From the NCBI GenBank assembly GCA_963667035.1, contig OY762964.1, positions 1,344,001 to 1,408,000 on the forward strand: a stretch of 64,000 bases of DNA. Direction: 5' to 3'. This stretch comes from Candidatus Cloacimonadales bacterium. Its GTDB lineage: Bacteria; Cloacimonadota; Cloacimonadia; Cloacimonadales; JAFGVF01. The position numbers and the translations under genes are program-made. Below the pieces are notes generated by a model. It saw nothing but the letters and a program-made list of their open reading frames with translations, was not told the DNA's origin and made no database searches. The stretch's first letter is position 1; each line of letters begins with the position of its first letter. Shown here one piece after another: positions 29,503-39,182 of the stretch.

Positions 29503-31002
29503 ATGACTGACGTAAAAGCAACAGATCAAGTTAAAGCTAACATTGCTGAAGATTATCAGAAAATGTTAGATCAGTCCCTCACACAGACTTCAAAACAGAA
29601 GAAAGGTGATGTTGTAGAGGGTGAAATCATTAACATCAATGAAAGTGACATCTTTGTAAACTTAGGCGGAAAAGTGGACGGCATTGCTGCTAGAGCTGAT
29701 TTCGCTGATAAAGATGGTAACCTTGAACTTAAGATCGGTGATAAACTATCAGGTTTCATCGTAGAAATTAACGATTCATGCATCACAATTGCTCGTTCTC
29801 TCTCAAAAACTAATGTAGACAGATCAGCTCTTAAAGATGCTTTCATAAACAAATTGCCTGTAAATGGTAAAGTAACTGCTAAAGTTAAAGGTGGTTACAG
29901 TGTAGATTTACTCGGTGTTAGAGCTTTTTGTCCTGTTTCACAAATTGATGTTCGTCCTTCTGATAATGCCGAACTTTATGTTGGTAAAACATTTGATTTC
30001 AGAGTTATTGAATTTGAAGAGAGAGGAAGAAACATTATTGCTTCCCGTAAAGCTATCTTAGATGAAGATCAAGCCAAGCAGAAAGCAAAACTACTTGAAA
30101 ACCTCAATGAAGGAGATGTAGTTAAAGGAACTGTTAAACGTTTCACAAACTTTGGTGCTTTTGTAGATTTAGGTGGATATGAGGGATTACTTCATGTTTC
30201 TGAAATATCTTGGGCTCATGTTGCAAGACCTGAAGATGTACTTGAAGTAGAACAAGAAATTGATGTTAAAATCATCGGATTACAACAAGATAAAATCTCT
30301 TTATCTTTAAAACAACTCCAATCAAATCCTTTTGACAAAGCTATGGACGAACTTAATGAAGGTGAAGATCTTGAAGTTAAAGTGCTTCGTTTACATCCAT
30401 TTGGTGCTTTTGTTGAGTTAATGCCTGGTGTTGAAGGTCTAATTCCTGTATCTGAAATGGCTCGCGGTAGAATCATCAAACATCCAAAAGATGTTCTCTC
30501 AAATGGTGACATTGTTGAAGCAAGAATCTTGAAGATTGATCCTAACGGACAAAAGATTTCTCTTTCTATGAAAGCTCTTCAACCTGATCCATGGGAAAAT
30601 GTTGATTCTGTTATTAAAGAAGGTGACATTATTGAAGGTATCGTTGAAACAAATACAAAACATGGTGTATTTGTTACTATCAGAGAAGGTTTAACCGGGT
30701 TACTTCCTATCTCAAGAATTAAAGAAGGTGAGCAATATTCAACTGGTGATAAAATAGAATTAAGAATTACCAGAATTAACACTCAGGATAAGAGAATTTC
30801 TCTTAACTATGTTGATGCACCGGATGAACCAGAAAAACCACGTTTCAGAAGAAACAATCAAGAAAGAGATAATAATTACAGCAATAATAGAGAATTCAGA
30901 CGTCCTCGTAACAACAATAATAGAAGAGGCGATCAGTCTTGGCGTAAATTTGCTACAGATAATGCAGATGTACCGGAAGACAATCCATTCGCTGACTTAT
31001 AA
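29503..31002 (+). CDS. rpsA: 30S ribosomal protein S1-like multi-S1-domain protein
   Basis: About five S1 domains (FGAFVDLGGYEGLLHVSEISW etc.); SD GGAG before ATG 29503. Confidence 0.8.
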   Translation: MTDVKATDQVKANIAEDYQKMLDQSLTQTSKQKKGDVVEGEIININESDIFVNLGGKVDGIAARADFADKDGNLELKIGDKLSGFIVEINDSCITIARSLSKTNVDRSALKDAFINKLPVNGKVTAKVKGGYSVDLLGVRAFCPVSQIDVRPSDNAELYVGKTFDFRVIEFEERGRNIIASRKAILDEDQAKQKAKLLENLNEGDVVKGTVKRFTNFGAFVDLGGYEGLLHVSEISWAHVARPEDVLEVEQEIDVKIIGLQQDKISLSLKQLQSNPFDKAMDELNEGEDLEVKVLRLHPFGAFVELMPGVEGLIPVSEMARGRIIKHPKDVLSNGDIVEARILKIDPNGQKISLSMKALQPDPWENVDSVIKEGDIIEGIVETNTKHGVFVTIREGLTGLLPISRIKEGEQYSTGDKIELRITRINTQDKRISLNYVDAPDEPEKPRFRRNNQERDNNYSNNREFRRPRNNNNRRGDQSWRKFATDNADVPEDNPFADL

Positions 31003-31022
31003 ATAATAAGAACTAATATTTA

Positions 31023-31051
31023 GGGGTAGCTAATCAAGCTACCCTTTTTTT
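31023..31051 (+). terminator. Intrinsic terminator
   Basis: GGGTAGC/GCTACCC stem plus T run. Confidence 0.8.
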
Positions 31052-31174
31052 ATTTCGCAAATATTCATAATAAAGGAAGTTGATTTGTTAAATTAGAAAT
31101 GATTTGCAAGCTATGATGTTGACAAAACTTGTTTAATTGTAAATTTTGAAAAAAACTATCAATAGGAGATTTTA

Positions 31175-32701
31175 ATGAAAACATTGTTCATCGATGGCAA
31201 TTCACTGACTATAGAGAATGTTTGGGAAGTTGCTTCTAATAATCGCAGAATAGCTTTGACTGAAGAAGCAAAAATAAAGATAAATAAGTGCCGTGATTTC
31301 GTAGATGAAATCATCCAAGAAGGAAAAGTAGTATACGGTTTAACTACCGGATTTGGTAAGTTTGCAACTGTTACAATCCCACCAGATCAATTGGAAGAAT
31401 TACAAGAGAACTTAATTCTTAGCCATGCTACCGGAGTTGGCAATGCATACTCAGAGGAAGAGACTCGAGCAATAATGCTTCTTAGAATAAATGTTTTAGC
31501 TAAGGGTTTTTCAGGTATTAGATTGTCGACTCTAGAGACATTGATTGATATGCTTAACAAAGGAGTTCATCCTTTAATTCCGGAAAAAGGTTCAGTAGGA
31601 GCAAGTGGAGATTTAGCTCCTCTCTCCCACTTGGCATTAGTTCTTATCGGTTATGGTAAAGCTATCTACAAAAGAAAAGAAATGGATGGTACTGAAGCTA
31701 TGAAATTAGCAGGAATTACTCCTGTTAAACTTGCAGCTAAAGAGGGATTGGCTCTCAACAATGGCACACAGGTTATGGCTGCAATTGGAGCTTTAACACT
31801 TAGAAAAGCTGAACACTATTGTAGAATTGCAGATATAGCTGAAGCTATAACAGTAGATGCCCTGCTAGGTACAGATGCTTGTTTCAGTCCATTAATTCAT
31901 AAAGTAAGAGCTCATCCAGGACAAATGGATGCAGCTTTTAACATGAAAACAATCTTGGAGAATAGTCCTCTTAGAAAGTCGCATGAAGATTGTGGGAACG
32001 TTCAAGACCCATATTCTCTTCGTTGTGCCCCTCAGGTTCATGGAGCAGTTAGAGACTCTCTAAAATATGTACGTAGTGTACTCGAAGTGGAAATAAATTC
32101 TGCAACTGATAATCCTTTAATATTCCCTGATGAGAAAGAAGTTATATCGGGAGGTAATTTTCATGGTGAACCTCTTGCTTTTGCGTTAGATAACATGGGG
32201 ATTTGTGTAAGTGAACTTGCTAATATATCGGAAAGACGTATGGAACAAATGTTTAACCCAGCACAAAATAGAGGTCTGAATGCATTCCTAGCTTCAAGAC
32301 TTGGACTTGACTCAGGTTTTATGATTGCCCAGTTAACTGCTGCAAATTTGATTTCGGAGAACAAAGTACTAGCGCACCCTGGTTCAGTTGATTCTATTCC
32401 TACATCAGCCAATCAAGAAGACCATGTTAGTATGGGTTCGGTTTCATCTTTGAAAGCAAGAACCATTGTAGAGAATGTTTCCTACGTTCTTGCCATAGAG
32501 ATTATGGCTGGTTGTCAGGCTTTAGATGCCAGGGATTTTCCATCCTCTCCAATTATTGAAGAAATCAAATCCGAGATTAGAAAAGATGTAAAGAAAATTG
32601 ATAAGGATAGATTCATGCAACCTGACATCTTGAAGATGAAAGAACTGGTTGATGGAACTACTTTATCTGATATTGTTTATAAACACTTTAAGATGAAATA
32701 G
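31175..32701 (+). CDS. hutH: Histidine ammonia-lyase
   Basis: YGLTTGFG, GSVGASGDLAPL (MIO), QDPYSLRC, GGNFHG, NQEDHVSM; LILSH His-specificity residues. Confidence 0.95.
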   Translation: MKTLFIDGNSLTIENVWEVASNNRRIALTEEAKIKINKCRDFVDEIIQEGKVVYGLTTGFGKFATVTIPPDQLEELQENLILSHATGVGNAYSEEETRAIMLLRINVLAKGFSGIRLSTLETLIDMLNKGVHPLIPEKGSVGASGDLAPLSHLALVLIGYGKAIYKRKEMDGTEAMKLAGITPVKLAAKEGLALNNGTQVMAAIGALTLRKAEHYCRIADIAEAITVDALLGTDACFSPLIHKVRAHPGQMDAAFNMKTILENSPLRKSHEDCGNVQDPYSLRCAPQVHGAVRDSLKYVRSVLEVEINSATDNPLIFPDEKEVISGGNFHGEPLAFALDNMGICVSELANISERRMEQMFNPAQNRGLNAFLASRLGLDSGFMIAQLTAANLISENKVLAHPGSVDSIPTSANQEDHVSMGSVSSLKARTIVENVSYVLAIEIMAGCQALDARDFPSSPIIEEIKSEIRKDVKKIDKDRFMQPDILKMKELVDGTTLSDIVYKHFKMK

Positions 32702-32712
32702 GAAGTATAATT

Positions 32713-34830
32713 TTGAGAAAGAGCCTTAGAACAACCATAATAATATTAATCACTCTCATTTTGAGTGGTTGCGTTTATTTTAATACTTTTTACAATGCAA
32801 AAAAGAATTATAAAACTGCAAATGAAAGAGCTCTTAATGCTCATGGGCGTCCATCTGCTCAAGCTATAAAAGAGTATAATGCAGTTATCAAGCAATGTGG
32901 TAAGATTATCACAAATTATAAGGGCAGTAAATGGATGGATGATGCTGCTTTTCTTATGGCTAAGGCTCTATTTTATAAACAGACAAACCCACATAAAGCT
33001 TTAAAACAGTTTAATGAAGTAATCGATAATTTCCCAAATAGCGAGTTTACACCTGAAGCACGACTCTATGTCATGAGACTATATAGAAAGATGCATAAAG
33101 AAGAGGATTTGAACAAATATTCAACTGATTTTCTTATTGCACCTGAGAATAAAAAGTTTTACAATAAGGCTCACTTACTTATTGCAGAATTCAATCTGGA
33201 AGATAAAGAATATACAAAGGCAATGTATCATCTTGGTAAAATTCTGGATGGCGATAAGAAGAGTAATGAGTATTCAGAGGCTTTTTTGTTATTAGGTAAA
33301 GTTCATCATTTAGCCGGTGAATACCAGGAAGCTATTGATACTTTAACATCTTTATTGAAAACAAGAGCATCTGTAGATATCAAATTAGATTCCAATTACT
33401 ACCTTGCTTATAGCTACTATCATCTTAATGAGCTAAAAAAAGCAGAGAAAATTGTGGATAAGCTTATAAATAAGGAAAGTAGAGTAGAAAGAGTGCCTTA
33501 TGTGAAAATGCTTAGAGGTAGAATTAAGCTTGCTGAAGGTGATACTGATGGTTTTATTGATGATATGAAATTCATTTTAGATAATCATTCAAGAACTCTT
33601 GTTGCTGCTGAATGTTCCTTTTACCTTGGTGAATACTATCTGTATAATGCCTTTGATTATACAGAAGCAATAACATATTACAATAGAGTAAAAACAGAAT
33701 CAAGAGATTCCGAGTTTGTAGAATCAGCCATAACTAAAAGCTCTGTTGCAAGTCAGATACAATTGCTCTCTGATCCTGATAGGCAATTGAATCCAAAAAC
33801 TCTTGTTGATGAGCAATTTAAATTAGCTGAATACTTTATAAATATAATGAATATGCCTGACTCCGCTTTAGTTGTTTACGATAATATAATTGAAACAGAG
33901 AAAACTATTGAGTTAAAACTTGATACTCTTAGGCTGGAGTTAGAAAAAAGTAGGCAGGAATTTATTGATTATCAAGATTCTTTAAGAACTGCACAGATTG
34001 ATACACTAGTTATTAATGATTCAACTTATACTGATACTACTATTACGGATACTTCTCTTGTTGAAACTACTGTTGCAGACTCAGTCGAGGTTGAGGAGTC
34101 AAAGTTCGAAAATAGTTCAGTTTATAACACTGTTTATTCACAAATTCTCAACCTGGAAAGTACTCTAGATGAATTCCATCGTCAAATTCTTCCATTTACT
34201 TATTTTGTGAAATCATGGATTTATTTTCAAGTTAAATCGGATACAGTGGAAGCTCATAATATTTACAATGAGTTGAGTACCCTTTACAAAGATAATGAAT
34301 ATACTTATGCTTGCAGTTTAATGCTTAGTGGAGAGATTCCTGATTTACAGTCCCCTAAGCAAAAAGAAGATTTACTGAAATATGATACAGCAGTAAATTT
34401 GATGTATAGTAATCCTGATTCTTCTCTATCTATTTTATCAGAATTTACAAATCATCCGGAGTCTCACTTTTATTTCAAAGCTCTATATACTTCAGGATAT
34501 ATTAACAAGTTTGTTTTAAACGATACATTATCAGCTAAAACATTCTTTGATAAGTTGTTAGAAGAAGACTACGAAGACTTGTATAGAGTTAACATCAGAA
34601 CCTTCTATCAGGATGGAGAATTTGTTAGAAAAGAAGTTGAAGCAGTTGCAGATACTACTATAATTGAGACACAAACCTCCACCGATAGCTTAATTACAGT
34701 TGATGGAGAATTGCAAGATTCTGTTTCAACTGTTATTGATGAAGATCCTATTGAAGTAAATACTGATGATTTTGAAGAGATTGAAGATAAGGGTTTAGTT
34801 AGGGATAAAGAATCAGAAATAAAAGAGTAG
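32713..34830 (+). CDS. TPR lipoprotein (BamD/SprE-like)
   Basis: Lipobox LSGC followed by VYFNTFYNA; many TPR units; acidic tail. Confidence 0.75.
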   Translation: MRKSLRTTIIILITLILSGCVYFNTFYNAKKNYKTANERALNAHGRPSAQAIKEYNAVIKQCGKIITNYKGSKWMDDAAFLMAKALFYKQTNPHKALKQFNEVIDNFPNSEFTPEARLYVMRLYRKMHKEEDLNKYSTDFLIAPENKKFYNKAHLLIAEFNLEDKEYTKAMYHLGKILDGDKKSNEYSEAFLLLGKVHHLAGEYQEAIDTLTSLLKTRASVDIKLDSNYYLAYSYYHLNELKKAEKIVDKLINKESRVERVPYVKMLRGRIKLAEGDTDGFIDDMKFILDNHSRTLVAAECSFYLGEYYLYNAFDYTEAITYYNRVKTESRDSEFVESAITKSSVASQIQLLSDPDRQLNPKTLVDEQFKLAEYFINIMNMPDSALVVYDNIIETEKTIELKLDTLRLELEKSRQEFIDYQDSLRTAQIDTLVINDSTYTDTTITDTSLVETTVADSVEVEESKFENSSVYNTVYSQILNLESTLDEFHRQILPFTYFVKSWIYFQVKSDTVEAHNIYNELSTLYKDNEYTYACSLMLSGEIPDLQSPKQKEDLLKYDTAVNLMYSNPDSSLSILSEFTNHPESHFYFKALYTSGYINKFVLNDTLSAKTFFDKLLEEDYEDLYRVNIRTFYQDGEFVRKEVEAVADTTIIETQTSTDSLITVDGELQDSVSTVIDEDPIEVNTDDFEEIEDKGLVRDKESEIKE

Positions 34831-35520
34831 ATGCTTAAGAAATCTCGGAAGCTAACAAGAGAGAACTCGTTTCTTAAAATTGCACTTGTTTTGATATCTA
34901 TTATATTAACAGTGATTTTAAAGGATTATAGAATCGTACTTTGTCAATCAGCTCTATTTCTCTTGTTTCAGTTTGATTACTTATTAATAACTAATTGGCT
35001 TAAAATCCTTAGAAAGCTTATTCCTTTCTTTCTAACATATCACTTGATGGCTATTATGTTTAGCATAGAATATCCGATTCAGATACTCTTTTCAAGTAAG
35101 CTTATATATCTTTCGTTGCTATCTGATTATCTGTTCACTGCATTTGATATTTATTCATTGTTATCTCATCTCGAAAGGTTTCGGTTTAGAAGGAGTTTCT
35201 TAAGTTCTATCAAGTTCATAGTTCTGTGTAATTCTTTTATTTCTGAGTTTGTTACAGTTAACAGAAACCTGGTTATGAGCTTGAAAACAAAGAGTATTGC
35301 ATCCGTACTGTATACTCTATCCGAAGCATTTAGTATTGTTTGGAATGATAAAGAAAGGATTGAGATTGAAGTTGAGAATCAACTTAATCAATCATATACT
35401 CCTTTAAAACAAGATATTCTATCAAACATATCAGTAATATTACTGATAATACAATCAACCCTCTTAACTACCCATATATTATTTAATTATGCAAAGATAC
35501 TTAGTACAATTAGCCTATGA
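34831..35520 (+). CDS. Hypothetical membrane protein (weak EcfT-like appearance)
   Basis: Several hydrophobic segments; coupled between TPR gene and truA. Confidence 0.55.
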   Translation: MLKKSRKLTRENSFLKIALVLISIILTVILKDYRIVLCQSALFLLFQFDYLLITNWLKILRKLIPFFLTYHLMAIMFSIEYPIQILFSSKLIYLSLLSDYLFTAFDIYSLLSHLERFRFRRSFLSSIKFIVLCNSFISEFVTVNRNLVMSLKTKSIASVLYTLSEAFSIVWNDKERIEIEVENQLNQSYTPLKQDILSNISVILLIIQSTLLTTHILFNYAKILSTISL

Positions 35521-36268
35521 TGGAAGTGCCTTCCATGGATGGCAAAGACAGAAGAATGCTTATTCTGTCCAAGAATCGGTAGAGAACGCTCTCAGTAAAA
35601 TTGCAAAATGCAATATACAGATAACAGGCTCAGGAAGAACTGATACCGGAGTACATGCCACATGCCAGTTTGCTCATTTTGACTTTCCTTATGATATACC
35701 TGTAGAAAGATTTAAAATGGCCTTAATCACAGCATTGGATAATCATTATGTAAGACCTCTTAAATTCTGGAAAGTACCTTCAGATTTTAATTCAAGATAC
35801 AACGCCTATGAAAGAACTTATAATTATATAATAACCCTAGAGCGAAATCCTTTTAATGTTAAATACAAAAGCTTCCTTCCTCATCATAATCTTGATATGG
35901 AACTAATAGAAAAGTCTATTCCTTTCTTTATAGGTAAGCATGATTTTAGTTCATTCTCGAAACCAAACCCACAAATTTCCAATACATTTTGTGATATTAA
36001 AAAATTGGTAGTTCGAACTCAGGATAATAATATTATTTTTACTATTAGTGCGAATAGATTTTTACATAATATGGTCCGAAGAATAATAGGTTGTGTTTCA
36101 ACCATATCTCACCACAAGTTAAATCCGGAGATTATTGCATCATATTTTGATACCGGCAAAGGTGACCAAAAGGTACTCTTTACAGCACCGCCATGTGGAT
36201 TATACCTTACGAATGTAAAGTATGAAAATTACGATTTAGATCCTGTTGTAATAGATTTGTTTTGTTAA
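35489..36268 (+). CDS. truA: tRNA pseudouridine(38-40) synthase
   Basis: YDGSAFHGWQ, GSGRTDTGVHA, HDFSSF, FLHNMVR, TAPPCGL. Confidence 0.97.
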   Translation: MQRYLVQLAYDGSAFHGWQRQKNAYSVQESVENALSKIAKCNIQITGSGRTDTGVHATCQFAHFDFPYDIPVERFKMALITALDNHYVRPLKFWKVPSDFNSRYNAYERTYNYIITLERNPFNVKYKSFLPHHNLDMELIEKSIPFFIGKHDFSSFSKPNPQISNTFCDIKKLVVRTQDNNIIFTISANRFLHNMVRRIIGCVSTISHHKLNPEIIASYFDTGKGDQKVLFTAPPCGLYLTNVKYENYDLDPVVIDLFC

Positions 36269-36544
36269 TTTAGATTAATTAACATGTTCAATTATTTATT
36301 GAACAATACCTCATTATCACACTGCATGAATCATGCTCATTTTTTATTCATGCCATAAACATTGATGAATACAGGCTTTAAATGTCATCATTTGCATAAA
36401 TTAATTTCAATTTTTACTTGCCATAATTCTTACTATAACGTAAATGTGGTTCTTATAGGAAAGAAAAATGGAATAATGTTAAATATCCCTCTACGCTATA
36501 ATTCTATCTAAGTAATTGTGGTGTACAAATATAAAGGAGTAAGA

Positions 36545-37117
36545 ATGGATAGAAAAGACGAAATCTTACAGGCCGCTGAGACCGTGTTTGTACGTTACGG
36601 ATTTGCTAAGGCTACTCTTGAAGACGTTGCTTATGAAATTGGTTTAAGAAAAACTGCAATTTATTATTACTTTGAAAACAGAGATCACCTTTTCGGGGAG
36701 ATGCTTGCTAACAAATATGCAGGTTTAAGAAAAGATGTTACTGACAAAGTTGCCAAAGCTACTACTTTTGAAAAAAAATTAGAAGCTTTCTTTATGACTA
36801 AATATGAGCAAGTAATTGAAGAGCCGGCTTTTAGTGAAATCTTTAAGATAAGTAACTTACCCAATAAACACCGTAAATTGTTGGAAAAGGAAAAGAATCT
36901 TAACGTTGAATTTGAAAAAGAAATCATCAATCAGATTTATGAAGTTGGAACAGAAGCTAATTTGGTTAAAGATATAACCGTTAACTCTATGTACCTTCTT
37001 ATTTCCGGTATTCTTTACAGAATTATGGATGCTGACATTGTCAGAGATCGTAAATTTAATCTTGATAAGAGTGTTAAACAAGCATTTACAGTTGTTTTAA
37101 ATGGAATCCTTGAGTAA
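36545..37117 (+). CDS. TetR/AcrR family transcriptional regulator
   Basis: ILQAAETVFVRYGFAKATLEDVA..IYYYF HTH; SD AAGGAG before ATG 36545. Confidence 0.92.
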   Translation: MDRKDEILQAAETVFVRYGFAKATLEDVAYEIGLRKTAIYYYFENRDHLFGEMLANKYAGLRKDVTDKVAKATTFEKKLEAFFMTKYEQVIEEPAFSEIFKISNLPNKHRKLLEKEKNLNVEFEKEIINQIYEVGTEANLVKDITVNSMYLLISGILYRIMDADIVRDRKFNLDKSVKQAFTVVLNGILE

Positions 37118-37139
37118 ACTATTATGATAGGTTATCAAT

Positions 37140-37168
37140 GAAGGGAGGAAACTCCCTTCTTTTTTTTC
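37140..37168 (+). terminator. Intrinsic terminator
   Basis: GAAGGGAG-GAAA-CTCCCTTC plus T run. Confidence 0.8.
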
Positions 37169-37366
37169 CTCTTTTACTTCAAATCTTGGGAAGATATATT
37201 ACCTTCCATCCTCAATTTCTTTAACTCCTCTGAGTTTTAATACTTCACTATAACATAATGCTGTTTTCTGTTTCATTTCTGTAAAACATTATATCTATTC
37301 TATGCACTTTGTATCCACTTCGTTTAGGACGCCATAGGATTTCTGCTTAAATTATCCCTCCACCCC

Positions 37367-37520
37367 CACGTTACTCCCATGAGTAATACTGACTCAATCT
37401 TTACTCATCTCTTACTCAACACCTACTCAAAACATGATTTTGGAGTTGGAATTCAGTAAGATATTTGGGAGTGTTGTATCTCAATTCTGTCTATGTTGCT
37501 CAAGTGCATAACGGGAGATA
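37367..37520 (+). repeat. Intergenic element family B, copy 1
   Basis: Ungapped alignment to 63698-63851, about 102/154 identical by hand; ACTC at 11-nt period. Confidence 0.75.
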
Positions 37521-37673
37521 ATCTTGAATAAAAAATGCAAAATGAGAAAAGATAAATGAAGAGATAAGATAATGATTTTTCAACAGTACCTTCGTAATGG
37601 TGGAGTTTGCGAATCCTTACGAATGGTTCACTACAAGGGAACTAACTAGGACTTATGTCGCAATTTCATGCAT

Positions 37674-38438
37674 CTACTCACTTTGAGCCTGTTTCTCGTT
37701 ACATTTTACATCTTCCAATAATAATTCAAGGAAGGGAAGCATCCTCTTCAAGCCACCTGCATTGATTATTATATTCCAGAAACTCTCAAATTTTTTCCAG
37801 CCACCTGTGTAAATTAAATGCTTCATTTGGTGCTTCACAGAATCATGTCCCAATGATGATTTGAGTATATTACTCCATTTGTAGAACTCCAGATAAGCCC
37901 ACTGATAGCCCTGCTGTAGTTCGGTGGCAGAAAGGCTTAATGTTTTGTATACGACATGTCGTGTGTCATATAAATCCCAATCATTAGTGAGGATTCTTCC
38001 ACTATCTTTCATTGTCTGATATAGCCTTGTACCCGGATATGGTGTCAGAATATGGTACGTAGCAGTTACGATTGAGTTATTCAGTCCCCAATCGACGGTT
38101 CTCTTGAATACATCCATATCATCACTATCAAGTCCGAAAACAAAACTACCGTTTATCTTAATTCCCAAATCATGTAGTCTTTTGGTAGCTTTTTCATAAT
38201 CCAGTTCTAGATTTTGGCTCTTATTGCTCTGCTTTAAATTCTCAGGTGAGAAAGTCTCAAATCCCACAAACAGGCTTTTGAGTCCGGCATTAGCTGCTTT
38301 TTCAATTAAATCACTCTCCAGTACAGATTTCACAGTAGCGGCTCCCTGGAATACACGACCCATTCCTTTCATTCCTGCGAAGAGCTCATTTGCTAGTTTA
38401 GGATTCCCGAATAGATGATCATCAAGGAAATATATTTT
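37674..38438 (-). pseudogene. 5'-truncated B12-binding-type radical SAM gene (C-terminal half only)
   Basis: IYFLDDHLFGNP..FVGFET..GSFVFGLDSD..ILTPYPGT..DWDLYD; in-frame TAG near 38457; no CxxxCxxC motif. Confidence 0.8.
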
Positions 38439-38807
38439 TATATCTATTTTTGATTTCTATTACTCTAATATACATTACTAATCTTTCATAGTTGTATAAT
38501 TATTTGGTGTATAGTAACATAGCATAAACAGATTGACAATAGCACCCAATAAATTATTAACTAATTGTGACTTGCAAGAAAATATCACTAGATACTAAAA
38601 TATGAAAACTCTAATCTTACTAAATTGAGTCAAGTAAAAACAACCAGCTTAGCTCAATGCAATGCAAATAGTTCTTTTTCTCAAGTTTCAGATTAACATC
38701 AGCACTTAAGTCTTCTAGTCTGAGAAGAATTCAAGCATGTAACTTTTCAAAGTACTGTTCCTTTTTAGGGTAACCTATCCAGGACAGTACAAGGACAGTA
38801 CACTCGA

Positions 38808-38940
38808 TCTACCAACGCACTGAATTTGCACTGTGCAACCACTGTGAACGCACTATCCACGTGCTGAAACACCGGGTTCACAGTGCGTGCACAGTGGAAA
38901 AACAGTGCGATGATCGTACTTTAGTAATTCCTTTAAACAA
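38808..38940 (-). repeat. Intergenic element family A, copy 2 (inverted relative to copy 1)
   Basis: About 94% identical to 15313-15445. Confidence 0.9.
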
Positions 38941-39182
38941 TATCATCAGTGAGTTGGATGAAACAAAAAGAATATGAATTGCATAAAAACAATGTACATT
39001 CTTCTCAGTATATGCTTAGGTAACTAAATGGTCTGAAATTACCTTCTGCGAATTGTATCAATATAATTATAGTTAGATTTCTTTATAATATCTACTCGCA
39101 TATCACCAATATATAATAACTATTTTCTTGACTTAACAACATTCAGTGATTTCTTTTTCAGAATCAATATTAAGGAATTTCA

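Noticed and set aside
37199..37276. 25-codon minus-strand ORF MKQKTALCYSEVLKLRGVKEIEDGR
   Set aside because: No SD and no recognisable similarity; expected by chance
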